Shown here one piece after another: positions 29,452-43,539 of a stretch of DNA of 64,000 nucleotides (the first letter of the stretch is position 1; each line of letters starts with the position of its first letter). The notes below the pieces were generated by a model, which saw only the letters and a program-made list of their open reading frames with translations, did no database searches and was not told the origin of the DNA. The stretch is taken from the NCBI RefSeq assembly GCF_030684315.1, contig NC_081386.1, forward strand, positions 29,741,020-29,805,019, given 5' to 3'. Both the position numbers and the translations under genes were made by a program. This DNA is from Stegostoma tigrinum. Taxonomy: Eukaryota.

Positions 29452-30359
29452 GTAAGGTCTTTGCTGTCTATCACAGAGGTTACAATGGGGTCTTTGTGTC
29501 CCTATCGAATCCATGCCTTTGGCTTAATGATAAAGTGCGGAATTGAGTGTGGATCTGACCCCAGAGGAGCTCAAAGCTTCCAAAGTTGATTCTTGATCTT
29601 TTTTGTTGCATTAGATTTTTGCATCGGGGGTTAATCCTGGAGATGCCATGACTTAATGGGTTGGCTTCCCCAAAAGCATCCAGGATTGAGATCCTTGTGT
29701 TAGGTAGAAGGACTGGCAAGCCTGCTAAAAATGTGGCAAACATTACATTTCTGCTAAGTGACCAAACCCTGGCTATGTCTGCCTTTACCAATTGGTCTTT
29801 TAGGAGGGAGAGCACCCAGCCATGTGCTGACTGCCTCCGACTGAATTTAAAGCTCGTGGGAGGGTAGGGACCAAGAACTGACTTTTCTATGTTGCCATGC
29901 ATAGTTGAATAGCTTGTTGTGACTCCCACAGTCTAGGCTTACACATGCAACCATCCTGAATCAAACAATGTGTCTTTCCTCCAGTCCTAATTTCTCAGGA
30001 TCAGGCTGTACCCTTGTTTAGATTGGTCTGTACACAAATTACTGTGGTTTGCCACTGCCTTCTACAAGGTGGCTGACCAGGAAACTCTTCCTCTTAACTA
30101 CCTGCCATCAGGCTTTTCCTTGGCCAACAAGTCCTGGTGTGGGATCGAACCCAGAGCCTCTAGCACTGAGGTGGGGATCCAACCCCAAGTGCCACAAGAC
30201 CTACTGCATCAAACTGTAGCCCTTTCAGAAAAGAGGGGAGAATAGAGAAATGGCAGCAGAAACAGACATGTTGAAGATCAGGAAGAGGTGATCATTGAGC
30301 TCTCAAGGGCTTATTTCCAGAATATGTTAGTGTTTACTCAATCTTGAATATTTTTGCAG

Positions 30360-30548
30360 CTTATCGAGCGTTCTCCCAAGACACTCCCTATCTCAGCGGT
30401 GTACATCTGTATAATAACATTTGTCATGGGAGCAAGCATTCACCTTGTTGGCGATTCAGTGAATCATCGTCTGATTTTAAGTGGTTACCAACTCCACTTG
30501 TCTGTGCGTGAAAACCCAATTATGAAGGACTTGAAACCAGAAACGTTG
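30360..30548 (+). CDS. CLN6: CLN6 exon 4
   Basis: tttgcag|[10 protein letters not shown]...[15 protein letters not shown]...KPETL|gtaaga, 189 nt. Confidence 0.96.
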
Positions 30549-31430
30549 GTAAGAGCCATTGCATTGATAAATGTTTTCAGTCTGATCAAACCCATGAAAG
30601 TTTTGCTCTGTTCAGGATACAGGGATATGCAGTGAGTTTGACATTTGTCTTTTTAATCTCTTTCATATCCCTGATTTTCATTGCTCCATTATTGGCAGCT
30701 ATGCCTTTAGCATTCAGGATCTGAGGTTTTTGATCATGTGTTAATTCTTTAGGACATATTACAAGCTTAAACCAGACTTAGTAACTGTTAAATTGTTTTA
30801 TCGTTACACCGTGAATGATAGTAAGGCTACGGACCAACGTGCTCAGAGCAGTCCAATGTCCAACCTCTTAGCAGAACATTAGGATGTGGCACTCTGATTG
30901 TGTTTGCTTTGTGAAGTGTCTTTTGATGGTTTACTGCATTAGTGGTGCTACACAAATGTTGATAAATTGAAAGTAGCTGCTTGTTTGGCTTTAAGGCGCC
31001 AACTGGATGAGGAGGGGGTGTTGGATAAACAGAATGCTGAAAATTCCAGCAGATGAGACAGAATCTGTGGAGAGAGGAACAGAGTTAACTTTCCTCAGAC
31101 TTTTCAGAACAATGAAAATTCACCAGTTTGAAATGAGTTAAATCTCAGTCCAGTTCTGTAGAAGTCCTGAGTGCATGACATCAACTAATTGGCATTAATC
31201 GAGGTCCATAATCTCATTGGGTGTGTCTCTGGATGACTGGTGAAGGACATGATAAATGGTATTATTGGAGGCGATCTCCTGTGATGGGTACAGGGCCAGG
31301 GAAGAGGGAATCTTCACAATACGCTGGAACTGGTGCCCTTGAGTACAAAATTCGCTCAACCTGACTATTGTACCGAAGAAACACAGCTGGGCTATTGTCA
31401 AAGTTTATCATTTTTTGTTTAAATCCACAG

Positions 31431-31486
31431 ATTGACTCGTTTGAACTGCTGTATTACTATGACGAATCCTTGGGCCACTTAATGTG
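31431..31486 (+). CDS. CLN6: CLN6 exon 5
   Basis: ccacag|IDSFELLYYYDESLGHLM-TG|gtaagt, 56 nt. Confidence 0.96.
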
Positions 31487-33328
31487 GTAAGTAATTTGAA
31501 GGAGAAGTAGCTTCCTATGGCATGTACACGAGGCAGCCAGAATCAGCTCTGATGGCTCAGTGGTAACCTGTTGTGTTTCCCCAGCACAGACATCCTGTCA
31601 GTGTTCCCAGCTCTTGACAGGTTCCTCCTGGGTTAGAGAATGGGTAGTGAGTGGGCTGCCTCCACCAGTGACATCTGGACCTGCTTGAGAATTCGGTTGC
31701 TCTCTCTGGTCACTCAAATGTCTCAGTCCTACACATGAAGGATGATAACTGGGTCATTTGGTTCCTTTTTGAATCAATTCCTTCAGGACTCAACTAGTCC
31801 CATAAATGGAGAAAAGCTGGGGGTGAGTAACAACTGAAAGGTAATAACCTGGTCAGACTGTGCCAATTGTGTGAGTCTGTGTGCTCCATATATTGAGTTT
31901 ATCCTCCGATTCTACATCCCCTGCAGTGTCCAAGAGGTTACAACACAATCTTTCCAACTGTTCCATTGGAAGCGAGATATTGTTTAAAATGCCTGCTTGT
32001 TTCAGTGCAGGTATTGCTGCAGGATGTTGAATAGAGCAACATCTATACAGATTCATTAACGTTTGATGACTGTGTGAGAAACTTGGGCGTAACTATCAAG
32101 TGAAGCATTTCATTTAAGCTTATGAGCTGGCACTTGGCCCGCATCACCCTCCATTAGTTTTGTTGTTCTCAGACTCTCGTCCGTCCTCCCCCCACCTCCA
32201 GCTTATTCCTTTCATCCTCTGGGATCCAGTTTCGAAGCAGCAAAAGAACACATCTTGTAATATAGATAACACGGTGGTGTGCATGGAGATGAATACACAC
32301 CACCCTAGTGAAGTATGATTGCATGTGATATGTAACCTATTTGAGGATGTTGGTGCTTCATGTGTAATCTATTATCTCGATTTTGTTTTGTTTGAAGTGA
32401 AGTCTGTAATTTAGGCTTTTTTCTTGAAGGCACAGTCCTGTTCTTTTTTTTTAAGAAAATGAATATCTCCTCTGGGAATGTAAAGGACAAACACTTTTTT
32501 TTTGTATTACCTGGCATTTAGCTTCAATTGGCGGCTTTGCTCATCTGTCTAATGCAACAGTCATTTTGTTATTAGTCACTGCTGGAGCTGAGATGACCAT
32601 GAGTTGCGGGGGCCTTGGTGCACCTTGGAAACTGCTGTATTTCTATTAGGAGTTCAGTGGGAGGGACTCACCTTTGACCCTGGTCTGTGCTAAATGAATT
32701 GATCCCTTCGATCTCAAAGTCCTTGGATCGAGAGGAGAAAAGAATAGCTGTCCAGTATTCACCCTTAATTGCTGGAAAGTGTGTACATCGCTGTACTCAC
32801 ACTTGAGTGCATGTCTCACTGTCTTTTGTGCATACTGAATGAAAATTGGGTCAGATCAGCAAAAATATGCTGTAACTTGTAGAGTCATAGATGTACGGTG
32901 TGGAAACAGACTCTTTTGGTCCAACTCATCCACGTTGACCAATTATCCTAACTTAATCTAGTCCCATTTGCCAGCATTTGGCCCACATCTCTCTCAGCCC
33001 TTCTTATTCACGTACCCATCCAGATGCCTTCTAAATGTTGTAACTTTACTCGCCTCCTCCACTTCCTGCAGCAGCTCCTTCCATATATGCACCACCCTCG
33101 TGTTTGAAGATCCTGCCACGACCGCTAACTTGTGTGAAAACATGCTCCATGCCAGGAGATTTCTGACTTCATAAAGCAGGTTGATATTGCAAAGAACCTT
33201 TACTTGATCCATGATGCCTGAGTAATCATTGCATCTATTTGTGAGGCTGCAGTTCAAGCTGCTACTTTGGTTCTGGGGTATGAAGAAAAGCTTGGTTGAC
33301 TAATTCCTTGTGTCGATTTTTGTTTCAG

Positions 33329-33451
33329 GTATGTTCCGTTCTTCGTCATTTTCAGTCTGTATTTCACTGGGTGCTTCACTCGCTGTAACAGAGATAGCAG
33401 AATGCCCCTGTCAGCATGGCTGCTGCTTGGGCCAAGTAGCCTGTACTACTG
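33329..33451 (+). CDS. CLN6: CLN6 exon 6
   Basis: tttcag|G-YVPFFVIFSLYFTGCFT...LLLGPSSLYY-TG|gtaaga, 123 nt. Confidence 0.96.
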
Positions 33452-34439
33452 GTAAGAGACAAAGTGCTTAACAAAGAACAACCACAACTTTGCCTTTCAG
33501 TCTATGGGAATGCCGTGTTCGGGGTGGGGTTTGGGGGGTGCAAATCCCACTTTAGGGCTTGAGCTTGAAAACCAAGACCCTCCCCATCAGTGCAGGCCTG
33601 AAGGAATGCTGCGCTGTCAAGAGGTGACAATAAACTGAGGGCTACTGTGGTGGATCCAAAAGATTTAAATAACACTGTTTCAAAGAAGGGAATGTGATGG
33701 ATGATATTTACCCTTCATTCAAAAACGTGGAAACATGTTATCTGGTGATACCCCTTTTTTGGGATTTTGCTGTATTGCCATTCAGCTGCCGTGTTTCCAA
33801 TATTAGACCAGTGACTACACCATGAAAGTACTCGATTAGCTGTGACGCTGGAGACACCTGCCAATCTAGAAAAGCACTGAGTTAATTCCAGATTTACTTT
33901 AGTCTTAAATGTCACCGTGATCAGTTCTGGAATATGTGTACAAGAATGAGGTACTAAGGTGCTGGTTGAGTCATTCAAAATGGCCAGCCTAGCCTAGAGA
34001 ATGACGGTTCATAAACTCATGTTTGTAGTTCAAATTCAGTTTGTTTTGACTAAATAAATAATTCTAGAAATGAAAACAGCCTCCATTTAAGGAAAAAGAT
34101 CATGTGTCCGCTGTTCACAAATAGTTCAACCTAAAAGCAAACCTACTGGCTTTACCCACTCTAGCCTATATGTGACTTCAGTCCCATACCCCTTTAATTT
34201 TTCACTGAAAAGGCCTGGCAAGCCACTGGTTTATATTGACCTTCTAACCTGGTGCTGTCTAGAAGGTTGGGTCACTACCACCTTGTCGCAAGATAGCTGT
34301 TTGTGCAGAAGATCCATTCAACTCAAATTAATTCTCCTGAAGGATCTTCAGTCTCCAGTACAGGCATCCAGTTGATCCTGAAATGATTCTAAGGGCTTTT
34401 CTTCTACTTGTTTATTGGGCTGAAATTTATTCCCATTGG

Positions 34440-34960
34440 AGACCATAAAATATATGAGCAGAATTAAGCCATTTTGCCCACTGACTCTGCTCTGCCATTG
34501 GATCATGGCTGATATGTTTCTCAACTCTAGTCTCCTGCCTTCTCCCCATAACCCTTGAACCCCTGACTAATCAAAAACTTTCTATCGCTGCCTTAAAGAC
34601 ATCAATGACCCGACCTCCACAGCTCTCTGCGGCAATGGGTTCCACAGGATATCCACCTGGCCGAAGAAATTCCCCCTCATACCAATTCTGAAGTGTCATC
34701 CCTTCACTCTGTGGTGATGCCACCTCAGATCTTAGTATCTCATACTAGTGCCAACCTCCTCTCCACATCCAATCTATTCAGGCCTCTCGGTATCCTGTAA
34801 GTTTCAATGAGATTCCCCCCTCGTCCCTCTCTACTCCATAGAGTAGAGATTCAGAATCCTCAACTTCTCCTTGTAAGAGAAGCCCTTCATCACTGTCTTT
34901 TGAACTTCCTCTGGACTCCCTGCTGTGCCAGCACATCCATCCTTAGATACCAGGTGCAGT
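34440..34960 (-). mobile_element. CR1 3' fragment in CLN6 intron 6
   Basis: Typical CR1 3' end (gatcatggctgat...ccccataacccttg). Confidence 0.75.
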
Positions 34961-35251
34961 CAGTCTGTTTACAACTGTACACTGCTATCACCCCTGAGTC
35001 AGTAATCCTCCTGTTCTCTCCTCCCCACTCCCCCAATCATTTATATCTGAAGAAGAATCCTTGGAGTCCATCCTAAAATGTATTACTTGTCCTAATGTTA
35101 CAATTGCATTTAAGCCATGTTATAATCTACTACCTTCAGAAGGGGAAGGAATAAGTGATGGGGAGTGGAATTTATTTGAAGTCCTTTGTAAAATTCTCAG
35201 AACCTGATTGTAAGTGAATGTTACAGTTTAGTCGTTGACCTCTTTCTTTAG

Positions 35252-35522
35252 GTATCTGGTGACTGAGGGTCAGATCTTCGTCCTCTATATCTTTACCACT
35301 TTTGCAATGATTGCAACAGTCATGCACAACAAGCGTAAAGGACTGGTGATGGACAGTAATGGCCTCTTTTTATTTTACTCTTTCTGCATTGCTCTGGTCC
35401 TCATCTCTGCCTGGGTCGCCTTCCTGTGGAACGACAAAATTCTCCGCAAAAAGTACCCTGGCGTCATGTACGTTCCAGAGCCTTGGGCGTATTATACCCT
35501 GCACATCAAGAAAACACTGTAG
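35252..35522 (+). CDS. CLN6: CLN6 exon 7 (terminal coding)
   Basis: tctttag|[10 protein letters not shown]...DSNGLFLF...[26 protein letters not shown], 271 nt; total CDS 903 nt = 300 aa. Confidence 0.96.
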
Positions 35523-37520
35523 CTTATGTTCTGGGTCTTGTTTCTGAAGCCATTTTAGTCAACTCTCCAACTTCCCCCAAGTAACTGATAGTTGAGCGTC
35601 CCTTTAGGGTGCCGCTGTACTCTCCACACTTCAGTTCGCAGTGGTTTCAGATAGGCGTCGATGCAAATAGTGGCAGTATAGTTTGTGCCAAGTGATGCAA
35701 GGCACCCCATTCCCCCCATCAGGAAGCAGATTTTGCTGCTTTCAAGTTTGCACTGACTGCAGTATAACTCCAGTTTAGCCCAAGTGATCTGGGCAATCCA
35801 CAGGATCATCTTCTCACCCCACCCTTTAAGAGCTCACGAGAACATCTGATGGAGTCTTTCAAAAGCCAGGAGAGAGTAGCCACAACCCCTGCTGCATTTC
35901 TGCTAACAGTAGGTCAGATGGGAGTACTCCAAAAAAGACAGCACAAGCCAGATGGGCCCAATGGTCATTATTGATGCTGCGATCCTGTGACTGACGGTCT
36001 CTCATGAAATTAAAGCATCCGTGCCAGAAGTTGCTACTGATGAAGTTTGGTGATGCAGTCCTAAACCAGTTCAACCAACACTGTCTTCCTGCTGGTGTAA
36101 CCAATGCAGTAGCCTAGTTTCTTGACTTTGGGTTAAAGCAGCAGTTGGAATGGAGAGCAGAGATATGTGGCCAGATTGTGACTGCATCTAGTAGTCTGAA
36201 AGGGGAGGCAGTGATTTTGATGAAAAATAAATTTGGGGGAGTTGGCAGTTTAGTGGTAATGTTACTGGACAATCTATTATGCCAAGCCAATGATTTGGAA
36301 GCATGCATTCAAATGGTGGAATTTGAATTCAGTAATTTGGAACAAAGCTGGTGTAATGACAATCGTCTAACCCAGTCAATTTGTCATCTGGTTTTGGAAG
36401 GAAAATCTGCCTTCATTAGCTGGTCTGGCCTCCATGTGACTCCAGATTCAGAACAATGTGATGCTTAACTGCCCTTTGTGTGCTTGGGGGTGAACAGTAA
36501 GTGCTGCCCTAGCCCACAACACCTTCATCCCATGAATGAATGAAGGAAAACAATATCAGGAGAGCTGACTCTTCCACGATGACACTCAAAGAAGATTTAC
36601 CTAATGTGTTCACTCTCACTATATTGTTGAGCTTGTTTGGAAACTAACTTTATGTTGTCACATCTTTCGCTTTGTGGGATTTGGTTTTGAATTTTGTGCT
36701 GCTTTTTTTGTTTCTAAAAATGTGAACTGCTTGAGAATGTAGAACTTGCAATTTAATACCAAGTTTGCTCCATGGCATTCAGCTAAACCAGTAGAACCCA
36801 AAAATCTGTGCATCTGCAATTCTAATTGAATTCTTGGGAACGTATGCTGAAAGTCCTTATTTCCACAATGGGCTGAGACCCCTTGGGGCCTGTTACACCC
36901 AGCTAATCCGTGTCCTATAAACAATAAATGGCTGTGACAGAAGTGGAGTTACTGTCCTGCGTCAAAATGCAAAATGTGTCTGCCTTTTATGATGATGTAT
37001 TCTTTTAAAATGTATCAAAATGGAAGGCGTTTTATTTACTGAGCTTTAACCTGGAACATGCACTCCTGGAAGTAGGCCAAATTGTTTGAACTAATATTTA
37101 AGCGGATGAGGAGGATTTTCTGCTTGGTAAATTTCAACATCTATTTTGCTGATGGTATTAATTGTGTGAGAGTCACAGAATGTCTGATCACTCATGAATA
37201 TGCCATGCAATAATCCTCATTTTATTTTCTTGGGCAATTGAGTTCAGCTTTGGAGACTTTAAAAATTGTATAAAAACTGAGGAGTTCCCTTTATAATTCT
37301 TTGTTTCACTTGAGTTGTGATTATATTGGATAGATTCAGTACCAGCTGTATCCAGATCTCTTAGCAGGAAGTCTATAAATGACTGTTACATGAAAGCCTT
37401 CACATGATCAAACTGACGGCAATTCCTTCTGAAGAGGATATTTAAGTCCCTTTGGGCTGATTCAGTGTTTGGTTTCTGTTTATTTGTATCTTGAATTATT
37501 TATTGTGCATTTTACTAATC

Positions 37521-37526
37521 AATAAA
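37521..37526 (+). terminator. Candidate CLN6 polyadenylation signal (alternative AATAAA at 36923-36928)
   Basis: AATAAA ending a U-rich, UTR-like stretch just before repeat-dense sequence resumes. Confidence 0.5.
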
Positions 37527-38329
37527 TGTAACCATTAGTTTTTAGCCTGACTGTATCAATTATGACATTTGCCAATTTTCAGAGTAGATGATAAACTGAA
37601 TGGGGATCAGATCTATCTTTAACGTAAGAAGTGGAAACAGCAGCAGGTGATTTCAGACCTTCCAAACTGCCCTGCCTTTCAACCAGTGGCTGATCTCTCA
37701 ACTTGTCTTTCATGGCAGCTCCTCTCAGCCCACCATTTCCCCAATACACTAAAATTGTATAGAAACCGCCCCCCCCCCCCCCCCCCCCCACCAATACTTT
37801 CAGAGAACTAGCATCCACAGCTCTCTCTGGGAAAGAGCATTCCAGACTTCCACTATCCTGTGGGAGAACAAATTCCTTTACATCCAAGTTTGAAATGAAT
37901 GGCACTTTTTTTTAATTTTGTAATTCTGTTCCTTGCTAGGTTCAATGTTTTTCCCTTGTTCTTCTGAACCCTATTGAAAAGCTTTGTTTAGTCATCATTG
38001 ATAAATCAAGCCCTTTGCCTTGGGAATCAGCCTAGTTAATCTCTCTTTAGCTGCCTCAACAGTCAATAAATCTTTGTTAAATACAGCAACTGAAACTGCA
38101 CTCCAGGTGCAGCCTCACCAGCACCCACGATGATTGTAACAGGACTTTTCTATTTTTCAACTCCCATCCCCCTCAATCAAATTCCATTTGCCTCTTCACT
38201 TGCTGCAAATGATTGCTTCTGTAATTTTCTGCGACGTTTCCTAGTCAAGGGGATATTTAGTTTCCAGGTGTTATCCCATTGCTGAGAGTAGTGGGCATAT
38301 GCTGTGGTTAAATGGTACAGCCCTGCAGG

Positions 38330-39015
38330 GTGTAGGTGCACAGTTCCTTGAAAGTGGAGTTGCAGGTAGACAGGGTGGTGAAAAAGACATTTGCACTTGC
38401 CTTCATTGTTCAGCACATCTGAGTGCAAGAGTTGGGTCATTGTTTTGGGGCTGTACAAGACATGGGTTAGGTCAGTTTCAGAATACTGCATTTAATTTTG
38501 GTCTTCCTGCTATTAAATATTTTGTTAAACTTGAGAGGGTTCAGAAAAGATTTACAAAGATGTTGGAGGGTTTGAGCTATAGAGAGAGGCTGAGAAGGCT
38601 GGGACTATTTTTCCTGCAGTGACGGAGGTTGAGGGATGAGCTTCGTAGAGGTTTACAAAAGCATGAGGGGCATGGATTGGGTGAATTGCCAAGGTCTCTT
38701 CCCCAGCCTAGTGGTGTCCAAAACTCGAGGACAAAGGTTTAAGGTGAGAGGGGAAGGATTGAAAAAGGACCCAAGGGCCAGTGTTTTCATTGCAGAGGGT
38801 TATGCATATATGCCATGAACTGCCAGAGGAAATGGTGGAGGCTGGTACAGTTACACTTAAGAGGTATCTGGATGGGTACACTAATAGGAAGGGTTTAGAA
38901 GGAGATGGGCCAAATGCTGGCAAATGGGACTAAATTAATTTAGGATATCTGGTCAGCATGGATGAGTTGGACTGGAGGATCTGTTTCCTTGCTGTACATC
39001 TGTATGACTCTAATC
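38330..39015 (+). mobile_element. CR1 3' fragment
   Basis: VKLERVQKRFTKMLEGLSYRERLRRLGLF. Confidence 0.85.
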
Positions 39016-39834
39016 TAAGGGTCCCATGAAATAACTGAACAGGGGCTGGTTTCCTGTCACTGTCACCCTTTTTACATGTGGTATGTACTTGACACTGGTA
39101 CTGCTCCTGCAAAGTGAACAAAACCCCTGACCCCTTCCCGTTTATGTCCCTCTCAGGCAGGGCTCCTTGATTGGACAGATTAACACCCCCCAATCAGAGA
39201 AAAGATTCTATGAAGTCCACTTGGCTGGCCTTGTTGCAATCACTACATATCATTTTAATGACTTCTAGCTTCTAAATAACTTCTTAAAATTTGCCCTCTG
39301 TTGGATGTTAGGTGAAGTTGCTTGTAGGCTCCTGCTTTCTGTCTCCCGCTTTTTCTCAGCACTTTGTGATTTCAGAAGCTGTCACTAAAAGGCAGCCATG
39401 ATGTTCAGGCGCCACTGTTGGACTGAGTTGGCTAAGGTCAAAATTCCCACAAGGAGCAATGCTATGAAAGCTTGTGTTTTCAAATAAACCTCTTGGACTA
39501 TAACCTGGCTTCGTGTGATTTTTTTTTTACTTCTACCAAATGGCAGCATCTAGGTGAGAAATTGTGGTGGGGGGTGGTGAGTGAGGGAAGGGCCCAAGGA
39601 TTGGTCTTGAGGGATTACCAGACTTAATAATGCAGAAATGGAGAAGTCAAGTCATTACAAGTTATTCTCTAGCTATGGATGGAAAGGGAAGAACAGAATG
39701 AAGTAATTGGAGTTTCCAGCTAGTTGGAAGGGATGTTGGAGATGGATAGTGTGATTATTTGCACTCCATGTTTAAATAGTGCCCATATTCTCTTCTCCCT
39801 TTCCAAAGTACTTCTTGTCTCTGTGGAAGAGAGT

Positions 39835-40735
39835 ATACATCAGTCATCAGTGTCCCTCACAGATGAGGATAGCTCTCTTCCACACTCAGGGTGAGTCTGT
39901 AGGTGGTTACACTTGGGGCAGGTGATGGTCACAGGAGGAGGTGGATGGGGCATTAGTGCAGCAGCACGCTCCTTTCCCTGTTTTTGCTGGGCTTCCGCTT
40001 TTTCATGACAGCAAGTCTGGAGGTGTTCGGCCCTTCCCAAATGCTCCTCTCCACTTTGGACAGTCTTGGGCCAGTGATTTCCAGGTTTCTGTGGGAATAC
40101 TGCACTTTGCCAATGAGGTCTTAAGGGTATCACTAAAGCACTTCCTCTGTGTCCACCTGGGGCTCAGCTGCCATTTTGGAACTGGGAGTGGAGCATCTGC
40201 TCAGGGACCCTCCTGTCAGTCATGCGGATAATATTGCCCACCCTTGATTGGCAACAGTGCCTCAAAAACGCTGGTGCATCCGTCCTCCCATGGGAATTCG
40301 CAGGACCTCGCACAGGCAGTATTGGTGGTACGGCTCCAGCACCTCGAGGTGTCTGCTATAGACAGTCCATGTCTCAGAGGAGAGCAAGAACCACCATAGC
40401 TCTGTAAACCATGATCTGGATATTGAACCTGATGTTCTTGAAGACCCTTTTCCAGTGGCTGAAGGCTACGCTAGCACACAGGAGGCAAGATAATAAAATG
40501 TGAGGCTGGATGAGCACAGCAGGCTCAGCAGCATCTCAGGAGCACAAAAGCTGACGTTTCGGGCCTAGACCCTTCTTCAGAGAGGGGGATGGGGTGAGGG
40601 TTCTGGAATAAATAGGGAGAGAGGGGGAGGTGGACCGAAGATGGAGCGAAAAGAAGATAGGTGGAGAGGAGAGTATAGGTGGGGAGGTAGTGCTGGATCT
40701 CTTCATCAATAGCTGCTCTGGACAACAGGACACTC
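39835..40735 (-). mobile_element. RTE-like LINE 3' fragment (interrupted by Penelope at 40487-40690)
   Basis: IDEEIQH...FMVYRAMVVLALL; C-terminal WKSLAQDCPKWR and CPKC motif, typical of the RTE clade. Confidence 0.7.
40487..40690 (-). mobile_element. Penelope family B 3' fragment with hammerhead motif (40551-40582), nested in an RTE-like LINE
   Basis: Near-identical to 28290-28496 in reverse; reads CTGAAGA-a-GGGTC-ta-GGCCC-GAAA-CGTC on the minus strand. Confidence 0.85.
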
Positions 40736-41599
40736 CTGAAGAATTTGGAAGTGGTCCATGTTCTCTAAGGCCTCCACATGAATTTTATGATCAGGGAGTT
40801 TGTTCCACAAGGTCATCCAGATTAATCCTACTTCTACGTGAAGCAGTTGTTTTCCTAACTCCCTTTAATTCTTGTTATTGATAAGGCATTTCCTTCGGTG
40901 TAAGTCTTCTACACAGCTTCTTATCAAATGCTTTTTGGAAAAAGTGCATTTCTTTTATTGAGTGTCTCTTTAAAGAACTCTAGGAGGCTGCTCAAATATT
41001 TCCACAAAAAACTAAGTTTATTCCCTAGGTGCCCTATTACAGACTATCGTGTAGTTTATTAGTAACTAATGTAAGACTATCCATCTGATCTGTAATTTTC
41101 TGGCTTATCTCTACCTCTTTATGTGCAGAAACAAACCACATTTAATTGGATTCAAAGCCATCAGGAGAGATTGAACACTGGGAACAAATGGATAAATTAT
41201 TTCCAATATTTGGCCTCAAATTTAAAGCCAACTCATTTCAGAGTGAAGTTTGGGAACACACTTACAAAGAAAGTGTGTAAGGAAATCACACCTCTTCGTG
41301 TATTCAGTCGTTCATCCTAGGACAATTGATTGAGTCAAAATCTGAAAGTGGTTGCTTTTTGATGGTAACAGAAAATGAGCTGGTAGCCTGATATGGAGTT
41401 AGGTCATAGATCAGTCATGATCCCACTGACTATCAGGGGGCTTTAGGGGCTGAATGGCCTCTTCTTATTCCTATGTTCTCAATTTTAAGAATTCTCCCCT
41501 CCCTAATTTGTACCCGGGCTTCAGTCATTTCTTCCAGAGCTTCTTGAAGGATTTTAATGATTGATTCAAATCCTTGGCTCAGAGTTGGTCATGAGAACA

Positions 41600-42470
41600 T
41601 ACCAAACTTGAAAGAATTGTTGATTGTGAAGAAAACAGCAGGAACTCCAAAAGGACAATGACTGGGTGGTGGATAGGTAGCAGATGAGGTTTAAAGCAGA
41701 GAAGTGTGAGGTGATGCACTTTGGTCAGAAGAACATTGAAAGGCAACATAAAATAGTGGGTACAGCTCTAAAGTGAGTGCAGGAGCAAAGGGACATGGGT
41801 GTACACATGTACAGATCATTGAGCAGGAATGGGGATAGTCAATAATAAAGCATAGTGTTCTCAGCTTTATTAATAGAGGCATAGAGTACAATGACAAGGG
41901 AGTGATGTTGAATTTGTGTGAGACACTTGTTAACCTCAGCTGAAGTACTGTGTATAATTGTGAGTGCCACATTATTGGAAAGATGTAAATGTATAGGACA
42001 GAATGCAGAAGTGGCTTACAAAAATGATTCTAGGAATGAAAAACTCCATTATGAGGATAGTTTGAAGAAGTTGGGACTGTTCCTCTTGACGAGAAAAGAC
42101 CGAGAGAAGATCTGAAAGTGGTCTTCAAACTCATGAGCGGGCTGGATAGTATAGATGGGCAGAAGCTGTTTCCATTCATAAAAGAAAAATGAACAAGAGG
42201 GCATGGATTTAAACTGATGAGCAAAAGAAGCAAGGGTGACATGAGAAAATGTTTTTTCACACAGTGAGTCGTTAAGGGATGGTCTGGAATGTACTGCCAG
42301 GAATTGTAGTGTAGGCAGGTTCAATGAAACACTGAAGAGGGGCATTAGATGGTTATTTGGAGACAATGAGCAGGGATACGGGGATAAAGTAGGAAATTGT
42401 ACCTACGCCAGCTCTATTACCTAGTGCCAATGGGCCTCCCTCTGTGCCATAACAATTCTGTGATTTTTGA
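41600..42470 (+). mobile_element. CR1 3' fragment
   Basis: CEVMHFGQKN, YEDSLKKLGLFLL motifs. Confidence 0.8.
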
Positions 42471-43539
42471 TAACCCTTATGAACATACTGTACCTTCCAT
42501 TATAATGCCTATCTTTGCCTGAGAGTGTACAATATAAGCAAAGTAATTGAGTGACTGAGATAACACAATGTGGAGCTGGATGAACATAGCAGGCCAAGCA
42601 GCATCAGGGGAACAGGAAAGCTGGTGTTTTGGGCCTAGACCCTTCTTGAGTGACTGTCTGAAAGGCTTATGTACATTACCCCACCCATGAGCACAGAATG
42701 TCACACTAGACAGGTGTCAATAGCTTCAAAGAGAAGAACTTCAAATGGGAAAATGCCATGCAAACTGAACTGTAACCTTTTGTGAATTATCTCACATTGT
42801 CAATGTGTTTGTGTGAGAGACATTTGTGTGTTCCCCTTTTGAGGATACTAAAGAATAGGGGATTGAAAGCCAAGCTCACTCCTGGTCTGGGTGCACTAGT
42901 AGGTGAGTGTGTTTGCTGTGCGGGTCACAGCTGACAAACATAGCTATCCCTGTGGTAAAAAGAAAAGGAGATTCTATCATTTTGCCAGGAATCAAAAAGC
43001 AGGTGAAATCATAATCCAAGGAAAAACAAGCTTTTCCAGTTCACCCACCAGGATCACCATTATAGCTTTACCTAATGAAATAGCCACAACATCCTGTTGT
43101 CTACTCTTTGTTGAACTCCGAGACCGATCCACATGGTTTTAAAGTTTTTTTTCTGGACTGGCCTCTCATTCCTAAACTGTGTGTAATCTGTGTGGCATTA
43201 TTGCTTCTTTGCATGTTTATTAGTTAATGAACTTTTGTTTTCATCCATTCAAAAAAGTCTGGTCAAATTGGTTCCTTTCTAAAACCTGATTTTATTCGGT
43301 CCAGGAGAAAGGTAAGCAAGCTGATTTGATTAGTTGAGAGATCGAATTCAAAGATTTGAGCAGTAACAGCACATTTAAAGGACTTTGGAATGAACATTAG
43401 GGTCGGAGATGTGGATTTTATTGAATTGCAGAGAGCTGTAACATTAGGGAATTTATCAGGTTGTATCATTTGTGTTGACATTTACCAAGGTATCATGTTG
43501 GAACTGAGTCACACAGGAGACTCTACAAGATTCAGTTGT

